In this document: piece by piece, positions 1 to 11,560 of the stretch | Numbering within the stretch: the first letter of the stretch is position 1 | How the letters are laid out: every line of letters starts with the position of its first letter | Assembly (NCBI RefSeq): GCF_004010195.1 | Contig: NC_057718.1 | Span: forward strand, 14,140,492-14,193,054 | DNA from: Chiloscyllium plagiosum | Lineage: Eukaryota | Direction: 5' to 3' | Length of the DNA stretch: 52,563 nt | The notes under the pieces: generated by a model | The model's database searches: none | Told to the model about the DNA's origin: nothing | Seen by the model: only the letters and a program-made list of their open reading frames with translations | Translations under genes and position numbers: made by a program

Positions 1-605
1 CCCCTTCAACACTTCAAACCCCAGCCTACCCCATCACAACTGTTCACTCCCTCAATCCCTGATCTCGCTTACCCCCCACCCCGAGCCCCTCAGCTTCCTC
101 ACCCTCACCCCCCTCCTCCATCTGCAGATCCCAGCCTAAACAGCAGTATTGATCAGAGGTCAAAGATTGAAGGTGAGGTGCAGCCAGGAGGAGGAGCCGC
201 AATTGTGTTTTATCGATGACGATCAGATTGTAATCAGATTGATTCCCCGCTTGGACATTACCAGTGTTTAGCTCCAAAAAAAAAGACATCACATCATGAA
301 CAACGTTATTTTATAGAAAGTCCCTTCCCCCAACCCCTTCCAGTCTCGAAATGCAACCAATATTTCTGTGTCGGAATGTTGATGCCCTAGAAATACCGAA
401 AAGGTCAAAAATCATAGCTGGAGCAATGTGATTGGTTTCATTTCCTCGCACTCGCTGCTGAGCGGACTGTTGGAGATTTAATAGCAGGCTTTCTAAATAA
501 GTCTTTAATATATAAAATCAAATCAAAATAACAGCCCCACCGCCGCCAAGCACTAAACTGCTGTTTCTCACTGATGAGAAGCACAAGTCCCGGTACATAT
601 ATGGA

Positions 606-1983
606 TTGTGTCAGTGTGTGTCTGTGTCAGTGTGTGTGTTATCTGTAGGTCTGTGTCAGTGTGTGTGCATGTGTGCCTATGCCAGTGTGTGTCTAAGTGT
701 GTTTCAGTGTGTTGTCTGTATCTGTGTGTTTGTGTCAGTATGTGTCAGTGTCAGTGTGTGTATCTGTATGTGTGTCTGTGCCAGTGTGTATCTGTGTGTC
801 TGTGTCAGTGTGTGTGTTATCTGTAGGTCTGTGTCAGTGTGTGTGCATGTGTGCCTATGCCAGTGTGTGTCTAAGTGTGTTTCAGTGTGTTGTCTGTATC
901 TGTGTGTTTGTGTCAGTATGTGTCAGTGTCAGTGTGTGTATCTGTATGTGTGTCTGTGCCAGTGTGTATCTGTGTGTCTGTGTCAGTGTGTGTGTTATCT
1001 GTAGGTCTGTGTCAGTGTGTGTGCATGTGTGCCTATGCCAGTGTGTGTCTAAGTGTGTTTCAGTGTGTTGTCTGTATCTGTGTGTTTGTGTCAGTATGTG
1101 TCAGTGTCAGTGTGTGTATCTGTATGTGTGTCTGTGCCAGTGTGTATCTGTGTGTCTGTGTCAGTGTGTGTGTTATCTGTGTGTCTGTGTTAGAGTGCGT
1201 GTTATCTGTAGGTCTCTGTCACTGAGTGTCTGTATCTGTGGTCAGTGTGTATCTGTAATTGTGTCTGTGTGTGTTATTTGTATGTCTGTGTCACAGTGTA
1301 TCTGGTCAGTGTGTGTCTGTAATTGTGTGTGTGTTATCTTTATGTCTGTCACTGAGTGTATCTGTGGTCAGTATGTGTCTAATTGTGCGTGTGTATGTCT
1401 GTGTTAGTGTGTGTGTTATCTGTATGTGTGTGTCACTCTGTATCTGTGGTCAGTGTGTGTCTGTAATTGTGTGCGTGTGTATGTCTGTGTCAGTGCGTGA
1501 GTTATCTGTATGTCTGTGTCACTGAGTGTCTGTATTTGTGGTCAGTGAGTGTCTGTAATTGTGTCTGTGTGTGTTATTTGTATGTCTGTGTCACAGTGTA
1601 TCTGGTCAGTGTGTGTCTGTAATTGTGTGTGTGTTATCTTTATGTCTGTCACTGAGTGTATCTGTGGTCAGTATGTGTCTGTAATTGTGCGTGTGTATGT
1701 CTGTGTTAGTTTGTGTGTTATCTGTATGTGTGTGTCACTCTGTATCTGTGGTCAGTGTGTGTCTGTAATTGTGTGCGTGTGTATGTCTGTGTCAGTGTGT
1801 GAGTAATCTGTATGTCTGTGTCACTGAGTGTCTGTATTTGTGGTCAGTGAGTGTCTGTCAGTGTGTGTATTATCTGTCAGTGTCTGTGTCACTGTCTGTA
1901 TCTGTGTGTTCTGTGTCAGTATACGTGTCAGTGTGTCTTATCTGTGTGTCAGTGTGTGTCTGTAATTGTGTGTGTGTATGTGT
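606..1983. repeat. Complex (TG)-rich satellite with higher-order repeats
   Basis: TG/TC-based repeat with about 3 near-identical 178-bp units (identical ORF translations start at 697 and 875), followed by units of about 300 bp (ACTGAGTGTCTGTAT at 1221, 1521, 1823). The Cys/Val ORFs are artefacts. Confidence 0.95.
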
Positions 1984-1984
1984 C

Positions 1985-4080
1985 CGATTTAAAGCAGTGG
2001 AGAGGCTGTGCGCTTGGAAAGTGTCTGTTTTACATACAAGGCGAAATGATACGGGCTATGCCATTGGTTCCAAGAGACCGGGTCTGGGTTAGATTTGGCT
2101 GTTTCTGGGGAGAATTGCAGATGGGCTGGAGTTGGTCACTTCCCACCCCACTTTAGTTTTAATCCTTTAAAGTCAGCGACGAGGGGCGAGCCGCTGAGAG
2201 GAACCAGGCTGCGCTGTCTTTTGCATTGGTTCATTCATTCATTCGAGTGCCGCAGTACCTTATGCCCACTCGCTGCAGATATCCCACCCACCCACCTTCC
2301 CCAACCCAGTGGCTCGCTGCTGTGTTCATGGGGAGGGGAATTTAATACACGCGCCTTGTCCCTTACCCTCTCCCCATATCAAGGGGCGAACACTTTACAG
2401 AAATACGTGCTTCATGTAGAGAGCAGGATATTTGTAGAGTGTGCAATGAATTTGGAATGAAATAGAGTGAGTCTGTGTTTTACAGTGCGGGATCCAAACA
2501 AAAGGCGCCGTGTTCATTAGAAACGGCAACTCTGCGTTGAATCTAAAACACTCGCTACATTTGTAACTGTTCTGCTTGTGTTGGATAGGCTGTGTTTTTG
2601 TGTGAGTGTGAGAGAGACCAGCCTGGCTGAGTTTATCGCTTATTCACGCACGCTCCTCTCTCTTTGGAATCTGGCAACGCAGAAAGAGGCCACCCGGCCC
2701 TTTGCACCGTGCTAGCCCTTTGCAAGAATGATTCCAGTGCCGAGCCCACATTGTCTTTCTGTTTTAAACTGTCTTTACCCACACACCCTTTTAAAAATGA
2801 TTACGGAATGCGCCGCAGTACGGTCTCTGTGTTAGATCATGTTGCAAACATACACTGGGACTGGGAGAGAGATCTGAAGGAAATATCCCCTGCCTCCCTC
2901 CCTCCGCCGCCGCTATAGCAAGGCACATCCCCTGTGGGGGGGAATCGATTCCCAACGTGGTGAACTGGCCAAAGTCTGTACTGGTGGGGAGGGGGTGGGG
3001 GGAGCTGGTAATGAATTCCCCTGGGGAGGGGGAGGGGACTCACAGTTGGGGGGAATGGGGACGGGAGGGGGGGTTGTGACATTAAACAGATCTGCAGACG
3101 GAGAGAAGCGTAATACACTTTGGTGGCAGCTCCTGCATGTTCGCTGATGCCCCCAGCCCCTCCGTTAATGACAGAGTTGGAAGTGAAAGACATTTCAAAG
3201 TTGCGTTTTGGATGTGTTACTGTATACATCCAGGGCAAGGGTGGGTTGGGGGTGGATGTGAACCCGGGGCTCCGGCACTGCCCGTTATATATCAACAGAG
3301 TGAGCTCCTGACTAACCTATCTCCTGCTATCCCTGTCCCTAACTTGGTTAGAGATTTAAAAAAAAAAGTCTGCAGATGCTGGAATCCAAAGTAGACAGGC
3401 TGGAGGCTGGAAGAAGGGTTACCCCCGAAATATCGACTTCAGCACCTCCTGGTGCTACCTGCCTAGCTGTGTTCTTCCAGCCTCCTGCCTGTCTACTTTA
3501 GTGTCCCCTAAAGCAGGCTGACCAGGAAGGACTGAGTTGGGGGTGTGCAGGAATGAATGGGTTTCTGAAGTTGGCCGCTTACGTTGATGTTGATGGTGTG
3601 AAGGTGAAAGGGGATTTAAAAATATATAATTGGTTGAAAACTGTGTGTGTGTGTGCAAGTATGCCAGGCTCCAGATACTGGAAATTTAAACTCTTTTTTA
3701 ACATAGAATCCATCCCCCTCCCTCACATAGACATGGAAGTTAAACTGATGGCGATCCAGCCCTCAGCGATGCGCAATAACGTTCCGAATTTCTCTTTCAA
3801 ATGGTCTTTGGGAACCGGTCAGTTTTAACTGGCACATAATAAAACCCTGTTTTCCAGGGCTTATGTTTCCTGCTCTTCCAGTAACCGCTAACAGCAGGAA
3901 TGAAACAGTTACAGTGGTTTTCTGTGGGGGGGCGCAGTTTCTCTGTCGAGCCGCACACACACTCGCACGGTCAATATAGGAGTAAGCGATCCCGAGAGAC
4001 TGACTGTGGGCTGCTCACATCAGCAGTGCCTGTGAAAAGAGTTCGCTTTGATAGTGGGAGTCTGTGGAATTTGAGAGTGC
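1985..4080. promoter_or_regulatory. CpG-enriched, repeat-poor segment with G-rich tract; possible regulatory or promoter-proximal region
   Basis: Visibly more CpG than the rest of the window; G-runs at 2985-3073; almost no TE content. Confidence 0.3.
3368..3499. mobile_element. Penelope-like terminal fragment with inverted arms and a degenerate hammerhead core
   Basis: AAAGTAGACAGGCTGGAGGCTGGAAGAA (3388-3415) is inverted at 3472-3499; internal GAAGAAGGGTTACCCCCGAAATATCGAC. Confidence 0.75.
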
Positions 4081-4528
4081 GTTTCTGTGTCTGTGTTTGT
4101 CTGTAAATACGTCTCTGTACGTTAGTGTGTATCTGTATGCCTCATTGTTTCTAGGCTCCTCCTGTGTGTGTGTTTCATTATGTGTGTGCCTGCGATTCCT
4201 AATACCTGGACTATTCATGTTTGTGAGTGCGTGTGTCTGCTTCTGTATGTGTGTGTGGCTTTATGCATGGGCGTCTCTGCATATCTCTGTACATACGAGT
4301 GTACATGTCTGTCAGTTTATGCATATATATGCATCTGTATACACATGCCTGTATTTGTATGTATGTCTGTGTGAATACGTGTTTTTCTGTGTTTACATGA
4401 TTGTGTTTCTACATATCTATCTCTAATGTTTTAGGGTCTGTACATATTTGTCTCTGTTTTTATGGTTGTGTTTCTACATATCTATCTCTAATGTTTTAGG
4501 GTCTGTACATATTTGTCTCTGTTTTTAT
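4080..4528. repeat. TG/TA low-complexity tract ending in a 65-bp tandem duplication
   Basis: TTGTGTTTCTACATATCTATCTCTAATG... starts at both 4401 and 4466. Confidence 0.9.
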
Positions 4529-5703
4529 TTGTTTGCTTATGGGACCTGGAAACTGCCAAAGTCAACATTCATTGCTTATCCCTAAATATGGATTTTCCCT
4601 GTCACTGATGTGTGTGCTGTTCTGCATATTTTCACTGCAGTACTGTGCATGGATTGATGCTGGAGTCTGTTAATGTGCAGTCCCAGTGTAGTGTTCCTTA
4701 TCTAGGTCTCTTCCCAGTGGTGTAACCACATTTAGTCACATTAATATTGGAGGGACTGTTGCTGTGTCATCTTCCCATTCTTTAATCACCTGTGTGGCAC
4801 CAACGATGCTAAGATGCTAAAGGATTCTTTGTCCTTGGAACTGAATACGATGCTTCAAGCTGTTTATTTTACTGTTATGGGAGGGAATTGTATTAATGTG
4901 GAATACTGGACCCAGTTTATTGAGAAAATGGGTCAGATAATTATGTTTCCTCATGGTGTGTGATGTTTAAAATAGCTTGGTTCAGGAGACAAACTTGGCA
5001 GTTTTTTTAGGAGACTCCATTGGAAGAATATCAGGTCGTATTCTGGGCTCGTTGAATAGTTTGTTGGCAGTGTGCTAATTCTGTTTTTGTCTCAAATTGC
5101 TGAGGGAGTTAGCTGCTTTCTGATTTGAGCTGTTTATTGTAACCTTCTGCGTGTCCCGTGAAATTCACATCTGTACCATCCACTCCACAAGATGAGCTCA
5201 TTTGTTTGTGTTTTAGGCTGTAATGTTGGAAACCTGGGTGTAGTGTGGGCTCCTCCAGTCCAGTCAAGTCCCAGCCTTCACCATTGAAACCTGGCTGGCA
5301 TTGGGCGCCTTTTTCCAAGGCTGTGTGAGAGCAGAGGTCTGGGTAATTCACTGCTGCCAGTCCGCTCGATGCCATCTGCTCAGAATGTGGCATGGACAGA
5401 GGTGGCAGAGTCTAATGGCATTGCCCACAGCCTGGTGTTCTCTCCCCTTAGCACCTCTCCTGCTCCAAATGGTGCCCATTCTCCCCACCACTGCGCCAGC
5501 TGATATCACCAAACTCAGTAAGGACCAGGCATTGGATTTGTAACCCGGTTTTATTTGGCCCTTACCATATTATCTAGTGCCTTAAGCTCAGATTTGGGGT
5601 GGAAGGGTGGGACAAGATCCTCCAGTGAGAATGCCCATTGAAGTCAGAGCTGGTTTGAGCACTGGGATGAGCATTGCTTACTTGCAGAGGCACAGCTCCT
5701 AAG

Positions 5704-5842
5704 CAGTCGAGAGTGTGTTGATGAAGGACTCTGGCCTGAAATGTCGATTCTCCTGCTCCTTGGATGCTGCTCAGCCTGCTGTGCTTTTCCAGCACCACAC
5801 TCTTGACTCTGACCTCCAACATCTGCAGTCCTCACTTTCTCA
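5704..5842 (+). mobile_element. Penelope-like terminal fragment (family A) with 9-bp TSD
   Basis: TGATGAAGGACTCTGGCCTGAAATGTCGATTCTCCTGCTCC...CATCTGCAGTCCTCACTTTCTC; CTAAGCAGT at 5699-5707 and 5843-5851. Confidence 0.8.
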
Positions 5843-6301
5843 CTAAGCAGTACACTGTATCTGCTGTCCACTTGCAGGTCTTTTTTAGGTCTTTCAGAGG
5901 GTAATTAATAAACAGCCCTTTCGTTTCCCAGCCTTTGATTTTCCATGGAAAGCATGAATTTAAGCACTCCATTAGAGGAGTTGTTTTTCCAGTGTTTTGT
6001 TTTTATTCACTCTTGGGACTGATTGCCCTTGAGATAGTGGTGGTGAGCTGCCTTCTTGAACCGCAGCAGTGTATTGAGCAGACCTATATGGCCTTTAGGG
6101 TGGGGATTCTATGATGATAGATGATACATGCTACTGCCACTGAGTGTCAGTGGTGAAGTGAGTGACTGTTTGTGGGTGTGGTGCCAATCAAGCAGACTGA
6201 TTTGTCCTGGATGATGTCAAGTTTCTTGCGTGTTGTTGGAGCTGCACCCAGGCAAGTGGGACAAATTCCATATAACACTGCTGACTTATGTCCTGTAGCT
6301 G

Positions 6302-6491
6302 AAGTTAAGAATCACACCACACCAGGTTATAGTCCAACAAGTTTATTTGGAAGCACTAGCTTTTGGAGCGCTGCTCCTTCATCAGGTGGTTGTCATCAGG
6401 GGCAGCATTCCAAAAGCTAGTGCTTCCAAGTAAACCAGTTGGCGTAAACCTGGTATTGTGTAATTTTAACTTTGTCCACCCCAGTCCAATA
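6302..6491. mobile_element. Palindromic Penelope-like insertion (family B)
   Basis: AAGTTAAGAATCACACCACACCAGGTTATAGTCCAAC... with an inverted copy ending ...TTTTAACTTTGTCCACCCCAGTCCAA; minus-strand CTGATGAAGGAGCAGCGCTCCAAAAGCTAG; possible TSD TGTCCTGT (6289-6296 / 6493-6500). Confidence 0.8.
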
Positions 6492-6599
6492 CTGTCCTGT
6501 GAACAGGCCGAGGGGAATCAGGTGTTGAGTTACTCTTTGCAAGATTCCTAACCTGCTCTTGTAGCCATTGTGTTTATATGGCTTGTCCAGTTTAGTTTT

Positions 6600-7049
6600 T
6601 AAGACCATAAGACATAGGAGTGGAAGTAAGGCCATTCGGCCCATCGAGTCCACTCCGCCACTCAATCATGGCTGATGCGCATTTCAGCTCCACTTACCAG
6701 CGTTCTCCCCGTAGCCCTTAATTCCTCTAGACAACAAGAATCTATCAATCTCGGCCTTGAAGACATTTAGCGTCCCGGCTTCCACTGCACTCCGTGGCAA
6801 TGAATTCCACAGGCCCACCACTCTCTGGCTGAAGAAATGTCTCCGCATTTCTGTTCTGAAATGACCCCCTCTAATTCTAAGGCTGTGTCCACGGGTCCTA
6901 GTCTCCTCGTCTAACGGAAACAATTTCCTAGCATCCACCTTTTCCAAGCCATGTATTATTTTGTACGTCTCTATTCAGTCTCCCCTTAATCTTCTAAACT
7001 CCAACGAATACAATCCCAGTATCCTCAGCCGTTCCTCATATGTTAGACC
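6600..7049 (-). mobile_element. CR1 LINE 3' fragment (ORF2 C-terminus plus 3' UTR)
   Basis: ORF 6684-6947 contains TRGHSLRI...RRHFFSQRVVGLWNSLP...FKAEIDRFL, typical of the CR1 ORF2 C-terminus. Confidence 0.95.
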
Positions 7050-7239
7050 TTTTTGGAAGATGTTGATGGTGGGGGTGTTAATTATTGGCAATGCCATTAA
7101 AAATCAGGGGGCGATGGTTCTATTCTCTCTTGTCGGAGGTGGCCCGGCGTGAATGTTACCTATTATGGGGGCGGCAGTGATGATGGTGCCCTTTCACTGT
7201 AAGAGTTGTAGCCTGGGTTTCACTGTTGCCTGTCAGTCA

Positions 7240-7760
7240 GATAGCTCGACTCCAAGTTCCACTCTGGAGACTTGAGCACCAAATCTGGGCTAGCAATCCA
7301 GTGCAGTCCAAAGGGAATGCTGCATCAGAGATACTTCCTGTTATTCGGACGAGGCGTTAAAAGGAGGCATCATCTGCCCTGGAAGGTGAAGGCAAAATTC
7401 AGAGGAAAGGGAGGAGATGTGGAGACTTCCGGTCAATGTTTATCCTTTAAACAAGTAGGTATAGGACAGATGTTAGGGGTAGATTCTTTACTCAGCGAGT
7501 CGTGAGTTCATGGAATGCCCTGCCAGTAGCAGTAGTGGACTCTCCCTCATTATGGGCATTTAAACGGGCATTGGATAGGCATATGGAGGATAGTGGGCTA
7601 GTGTAGGTTAGGTGTGCTTGGATCGGCGCAACATCGAGGGCCGAATACTGCGCTGTATTCTTCTATGTTCTATGTTCTAATATCACATTGGATTTGGATT
7701 ATCAGGCCGTGGTCACACTGCGTTGTGTGGGAGCTTGTTGCGCATCAGTTAGCTGCTCAC
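7240..7760 (+). mobile_element. Deu-domain SINE (SacSINE1/AmnSINE1-like), split by a CR1 tail
   Basis: GTGCAGTCCAAAGGGAATGCTGCA...GAGGCGTTAAAAGGAGG...TGTGGGAGCTTGTTGCGCA matches the Deu-domain core. Confidence 0.7.
7456..7680 (+). mobile_element. CR1 3' end fragment
   Basis: TGGAATGCCCTGCCAG...TTTAAACGGGCATTGGATAGG and tail (TTCTATG)n. Confidence 0.9.
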
Positions 7761-8956
7761 ATTCACAGACGAGAAGAGCGATTAAAGTTCAGAAAGGAAT
7801 TTCATTGGCTTTGGGAGGACTGGTTGTGCAGTGGGTAATGGCCCCTCTGAGTCAGGAGCTTGGTATTTAAGTGCCATTCGAGGACTTGTTGACTAAAGAG
7901 AGTGTGTTCACAGTGCAGCTAAATAGAGTGAGTAGAGACCTGGCAGATCCTGCCAACAGACAACACACAGAGCAGAGAGAGATTCCAGGTCACGCCATCT
8001 GCAGAGAGATGCCTCTCGAGGTCTGCTCCCAGACTAGCAACCAGGAAGTGCGAGCTACGGGAACACGGACATAAGGCACCTCCTCCGTTCTCATCATGCA
8101 GAAGTCTGCAGCCTTTGGGGTATGCAGGAAAGGTGCTATGCCAATGCAGATCCATTCTCTGTAAAAACTGTAACTGAGAACCGAGCTGTAACTGGAGAAC
8201 ATTCAGATGGAGTGATGATGAAAGAACACGATTCATTTAAAAGGTAGTAAGACAGCGGACTCACTTTTAATGACTGCCAAATGCCTCAGCACGTTTGCAT
8301 GGAGCCGATTAGAGAGGGGAGCAGATGTCCTGTGAGGTTAAACAGATTTTCCGAGGAGGTGGGGCAGGGATAATGCACCAATGTAAATATTTGGTTCAGC
8401 AAGCAGATGGCAGTGCTTTGCTGGAGGCTTGATACTCTTGTTATTTTGCTAGTGGTGTCGCTGGTCACTTCTCATCTCAGGTTTCAGGCATTAATCTGGG
8501 ACCCACAGCTTTTACGGCAGGTCAGAGCAGCTCTTAAACCCAGAGACACGCAATTAAAATAGCATTCGCCAGTAATGACCCACTCACTGGCTGGGGGATG
8601 GTCAGTCGTTTGCTGGGAGATGTAAGTGATATATTTGAAAGGGCTTTGTCACTCTAAATGCATAAAACCTTACAAATGCATGGCTCTGACGCATTTTTGT
8701 TTGAGGCTTCCGTTTTCTACCCGTAGTCCCCCTCACCCGCCCCCCCCTCACCCTTGGTCTAGCACCCCACCTTCCTCCATTGCCCCTCAAGTCTTGTGTA
8801 AATTGATTCTGCGTAAATTTCGAAACAAACTCGCCATCTGCTAATTAGATTAGCGTTGTAGATGACCCATTTGCATTGTAAGGAGTTCCAGGCCTCATAC
8901 TCCAATATACCAGTCTCCCAGTGGCTCACCCCAGGGTGGGCCTGCTCATTAGGGGA

Positions 8957-9162
8957 GAAAGTGAGGACTGCAGATGCTGGAGATCAGAGCTGAAAATGTG
9001 TTGCTGGAAAAGCGCAGCAGGTCAGGCAGCATCCAAGCAACAGGAGAATCGACGTTTCGGGCATAAGCCTGAAGAAGAAGGGCTTATGCCCGAAACGTCG
9101 ATTCTCCTGTTCCTTGGATGCTGCCTGACCTGCTGCGCTTTTCCAGCAACACATTTTCAGCT
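8957..9162. mobile_element. Palindromic Penelope-like insertion (family A) with 15-bp TSD
   Basis: Near-perfect inverted arms CAGAGCTGAAAATGTGTTGCTGGAAAAGCGCAGCAGG... / ...CCTGCTGCGCTTTTCCAGCAACACATTTTCAGCTCTG; TSD CTG(C/T)TCATTAGGGGA at 8942-8956 and 9163-9177. Confidence 0.9.
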
Positions 9163-9225
9163 CTGTTCATTAGGGGACCAGGTTTGAGTTGTGTTATTGG
9201 CTTCCTATTCTGAGGCACCGCATTT

Positions 9226-9720
9226 ATAAGACCACGGGAGCAAAGGTAGGCCTTTCAGTGCAGCTCGCCAATTCAATGTGATCTTTGCTGAACCTCAAAA
9301 CCTCAGTTTCCTGTCTTATCCCCATAACCCTTGATTCCCCATCAGATTGAAAATCTGTTTGTCTCAGTCCTGAATGACCTAGCCTCGACATCCCTCTGCG
9401 GTAAATAATTCGAGAGACCTGCTTTCCTCTGAGAGAAGAAATTACAAAAGACCATGAGAAGTAGGGGCCATTCGACCCATCGAGTCCACTCCACTATTCA
9501 GTGAGGTCATGGCTATTCTGAAAATCCTTAACGCTATCTTGCTGTCTTACCCATAACCATTGACTCCTTCACTGATTAAAAATCTGTCTATCTTGACCTT
9601 GAATATACTTAATGACACAGCCTTGATGGCCCTCTGTGGTGAAGAATTCATCGATTCACAACACTGAGAGAAAAAATCCTCCTCATCTGTTTATAAGACC
9701 ATAAGAAGTAGGAACAGGAG
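9226..9720 (-). mobile_element. Three stacked old CR1 3'-end fragments
   Basis: Repeated AAGACCA(T/C)...GTAGG...CCATTCG tail motif at about 9228, 9448 and 9695, followed by CR1 C-terminal sequence in the first two copies. Confidence 0.8.
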
Positions 9721-9909
9721 GGACTGGTGTAACTAACCTAATGACAGACACTAGGCTAGTGTCATGAAACCAGGATCTAGTAAATCCTATTGGTAAAATG
9801 TGCAAGTTTCCAATCCATTTACATCTTTTGGCACCCATCTGTTGATTTTTAACTTCCCACACTTTGTGGGTGCTATTGATCACAAAGGGGGAGTCTTCAG
9901 TTGCTCTGG

Positions 9910-10708
9910 CATAGAGTCATGGAGATGTACAGCATGGAAACAGACCCTTTGGTCCAAACCGTACACGCCGATCAGATATCTCAACCCAATCTAGTCCCAC
10001 TTGCCAGCACCCGGCCCATATCCCTCCAAACCCTTCCTATTCATGTACCCATCCAAATGCCTCTTAAATGTTGCAATTGTACCAGCCTCCACCACTTCCT
10101 CTGGCAGCTCATTCCATACATGTACCGCCCTCTGCATGAAAAGTTGCCCCTTAGGTCTCTTTTATATCTTTCCCCTCTCAGCCTAAACCTTTGCCCTCTA
10201 GTTCTGGACACCCCCACTCCAGAGAAAATACTTTGTCTATTTATCCTATCCATGCCCCTCATGATTTTATAAACCTCTATAAGGTCACTCCTCAGCCTCC
10301 GACGCTCCAGGGAAAACAGCTCCAACCTGTTCAACCTCTCCCCATAGCTCAAATCCTCAAACTCTGGCAAAATCCTTGTAAATCTTTTCTGAACACTTTC
10401 AAGTTTCACAACATCTTTCCGACAGGAAGGAGACCAGAGTTGCATGCAATATTCCAACAGTGGCCTAACCAATGTCCTGTACAGCCGCAACATGACCTCC
10501 CAACTCCTGAACTCAATACTCTGACCAATAAAGGAAAGCATACCAAACGCCTTCTTCACTATCCTATATATGTGTGACTCTACTTTCAAGGAGCTATGAA
10601 CCTGCACTTCAAGGTCTCTTTGTTCAACAACACTCCCTAGGACCTTACCATTAATTGTATAGGTCCTGCTAAGATTTGCTTTCCCAAAATGCAGCACCTC
10701 ACATTTAT
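9910..10708 (-). mobile_element. CR1 LINE 3' fragment (RT C-terminal region)
   Basis: ORF 10041-10697 contains LYRTLVRPLLEYCMQLWSP...KLESVQKRFTR...RRRLRSDLIEVYKIM; (ATAGAGTC)n tail. Confidence 0.95.
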
Positions 10709-11180
10709 CAAAGAGCTTTTAATTAGATGTGTTCCTTTATTTCCTTGGTTATCCAAGACTGGCTTTTCCTCACCTTGATATCCTAGTTTTTGACCTGAGT
10801 GAACAGTTCTTGAGCACTGTGAAAAATTATTTTGAAAGTCCTCCACTGTTCTCAACTGTTCCACCCTATAACTTGCATTCCCAATCTAATTTAGCCAACT
10901 CCTTCCTCATCCCATTATAGTCTCCCTTGTTGAAGCGTAACACCCTGGTTTTAGATGATACTATTTCAGCCTCCATTTGTATCAGGTATTCGATCATACT
11001 GTGAACATTCCTTCCGAGAGGATCCTTAACTACAAGATCATTCATTTTACCTGTCTCATTACACAGGACTAGATTGAAGATTGCACGCTCCCTTGTAGGT
11101 TTGGTAATATGCTGTTCAAGAAAGTTATCACAGATGTATTCTATGAACCTCTCCTCAAGACTGCCACTACTGTCTTCATT

Positions 11181-11333
11181 CGGAGATGCCGGTGTTGGAC
11201 TGGAGTGTACAAAGTTAAAAATCACACCACACCAGGTTATAGTCCAACAGGTTTAATTGGAAGCACAACTAGTGTGCTTCCAATTAAACCTGTTGGACTA
11301 TAATCTGGTGTTGTGTGATTTTTAACTTTGTAT
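11181..11333. mobile_element. Palindromic Penelope-like insertion (family B) with 13-bp TSD inside the CR1 endonuclease
   Basis: TACAAAGTTAAAAATCACAC...GGAAGCACA ACTAG TGTGCTTCC...GTGATTTTTAACTTTGTA; TSD TACTGTCTTCATT at 11168-11180 and 11334-11346. Confidence 0.9.
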
Positions 11334-11475
11334 TACTGTCTTCATTTGGCCAATCAATGTGCACGTTAAGGTCCCCCATGGCTACTGCTGTTCCATTCTT
11401 ATGTGTGTCAGATATTTCTTGATGGATTGCCTGTGCCACTGTAGCATTATTATTGGGTGGCCTATAGCCTACTCC

Positions 11476-11560
11476 TGATGAAGGACTCCTGCCCGAAACA
11501 TCGATTTTCCTGCTCCTCGGATGCTGCCTGACCAGCTGTGCTTTTCCACCACCACTATAA
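11476..11560 (+). mobile_element. Short Penelope-like insertion (family A) beginning at the hammerhead core, 13-bp TSD
   Basis: CTGATGAAGGACTCCTGCCCGAAACATCGATTTTCCTGCTCC; TSD TATAG(C/A)CTACTCC at 11463-11475 and 11561-11573. Confidence 0.85.

Larger units (their letters stand above)
6003..7165 (-). mobile_element. Old non-LTR retrotransposon 3' portion, interrupted by PLE and CR1 insertions
   Basis: Shares the GGTGGTGAGCTGCCTTCTTGAACCGC-type tail with copies at about 14370-14500, 41685-41930 and (opposite strand) 48400-49180. Confidence 0.6.

Noticed and set aside
606..2156. Long Cys/Val-rich ORFs (up to 236 aa)
   Set aside because: Translation of TG-based satellite; open in several frames; no protein signature.
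9748..9764. Short palindrome GACACTAG-G-CTAGTGTC
   Set aside because: A single 8-bp stem is expected by chance in 52 kb.
10041..10697. 218-aa ORF as a host gene
   Set aside because: Frameshifted CR1 ORF2 fragment; the same applies to ORFs at 16386, 26312, 48737 and 52258.
11208..11332. Pre-miRNA hairpin
   Set aside because: The hairpin is explained by the palindromic TE insertion with a TSD; no known miRNA recognised.
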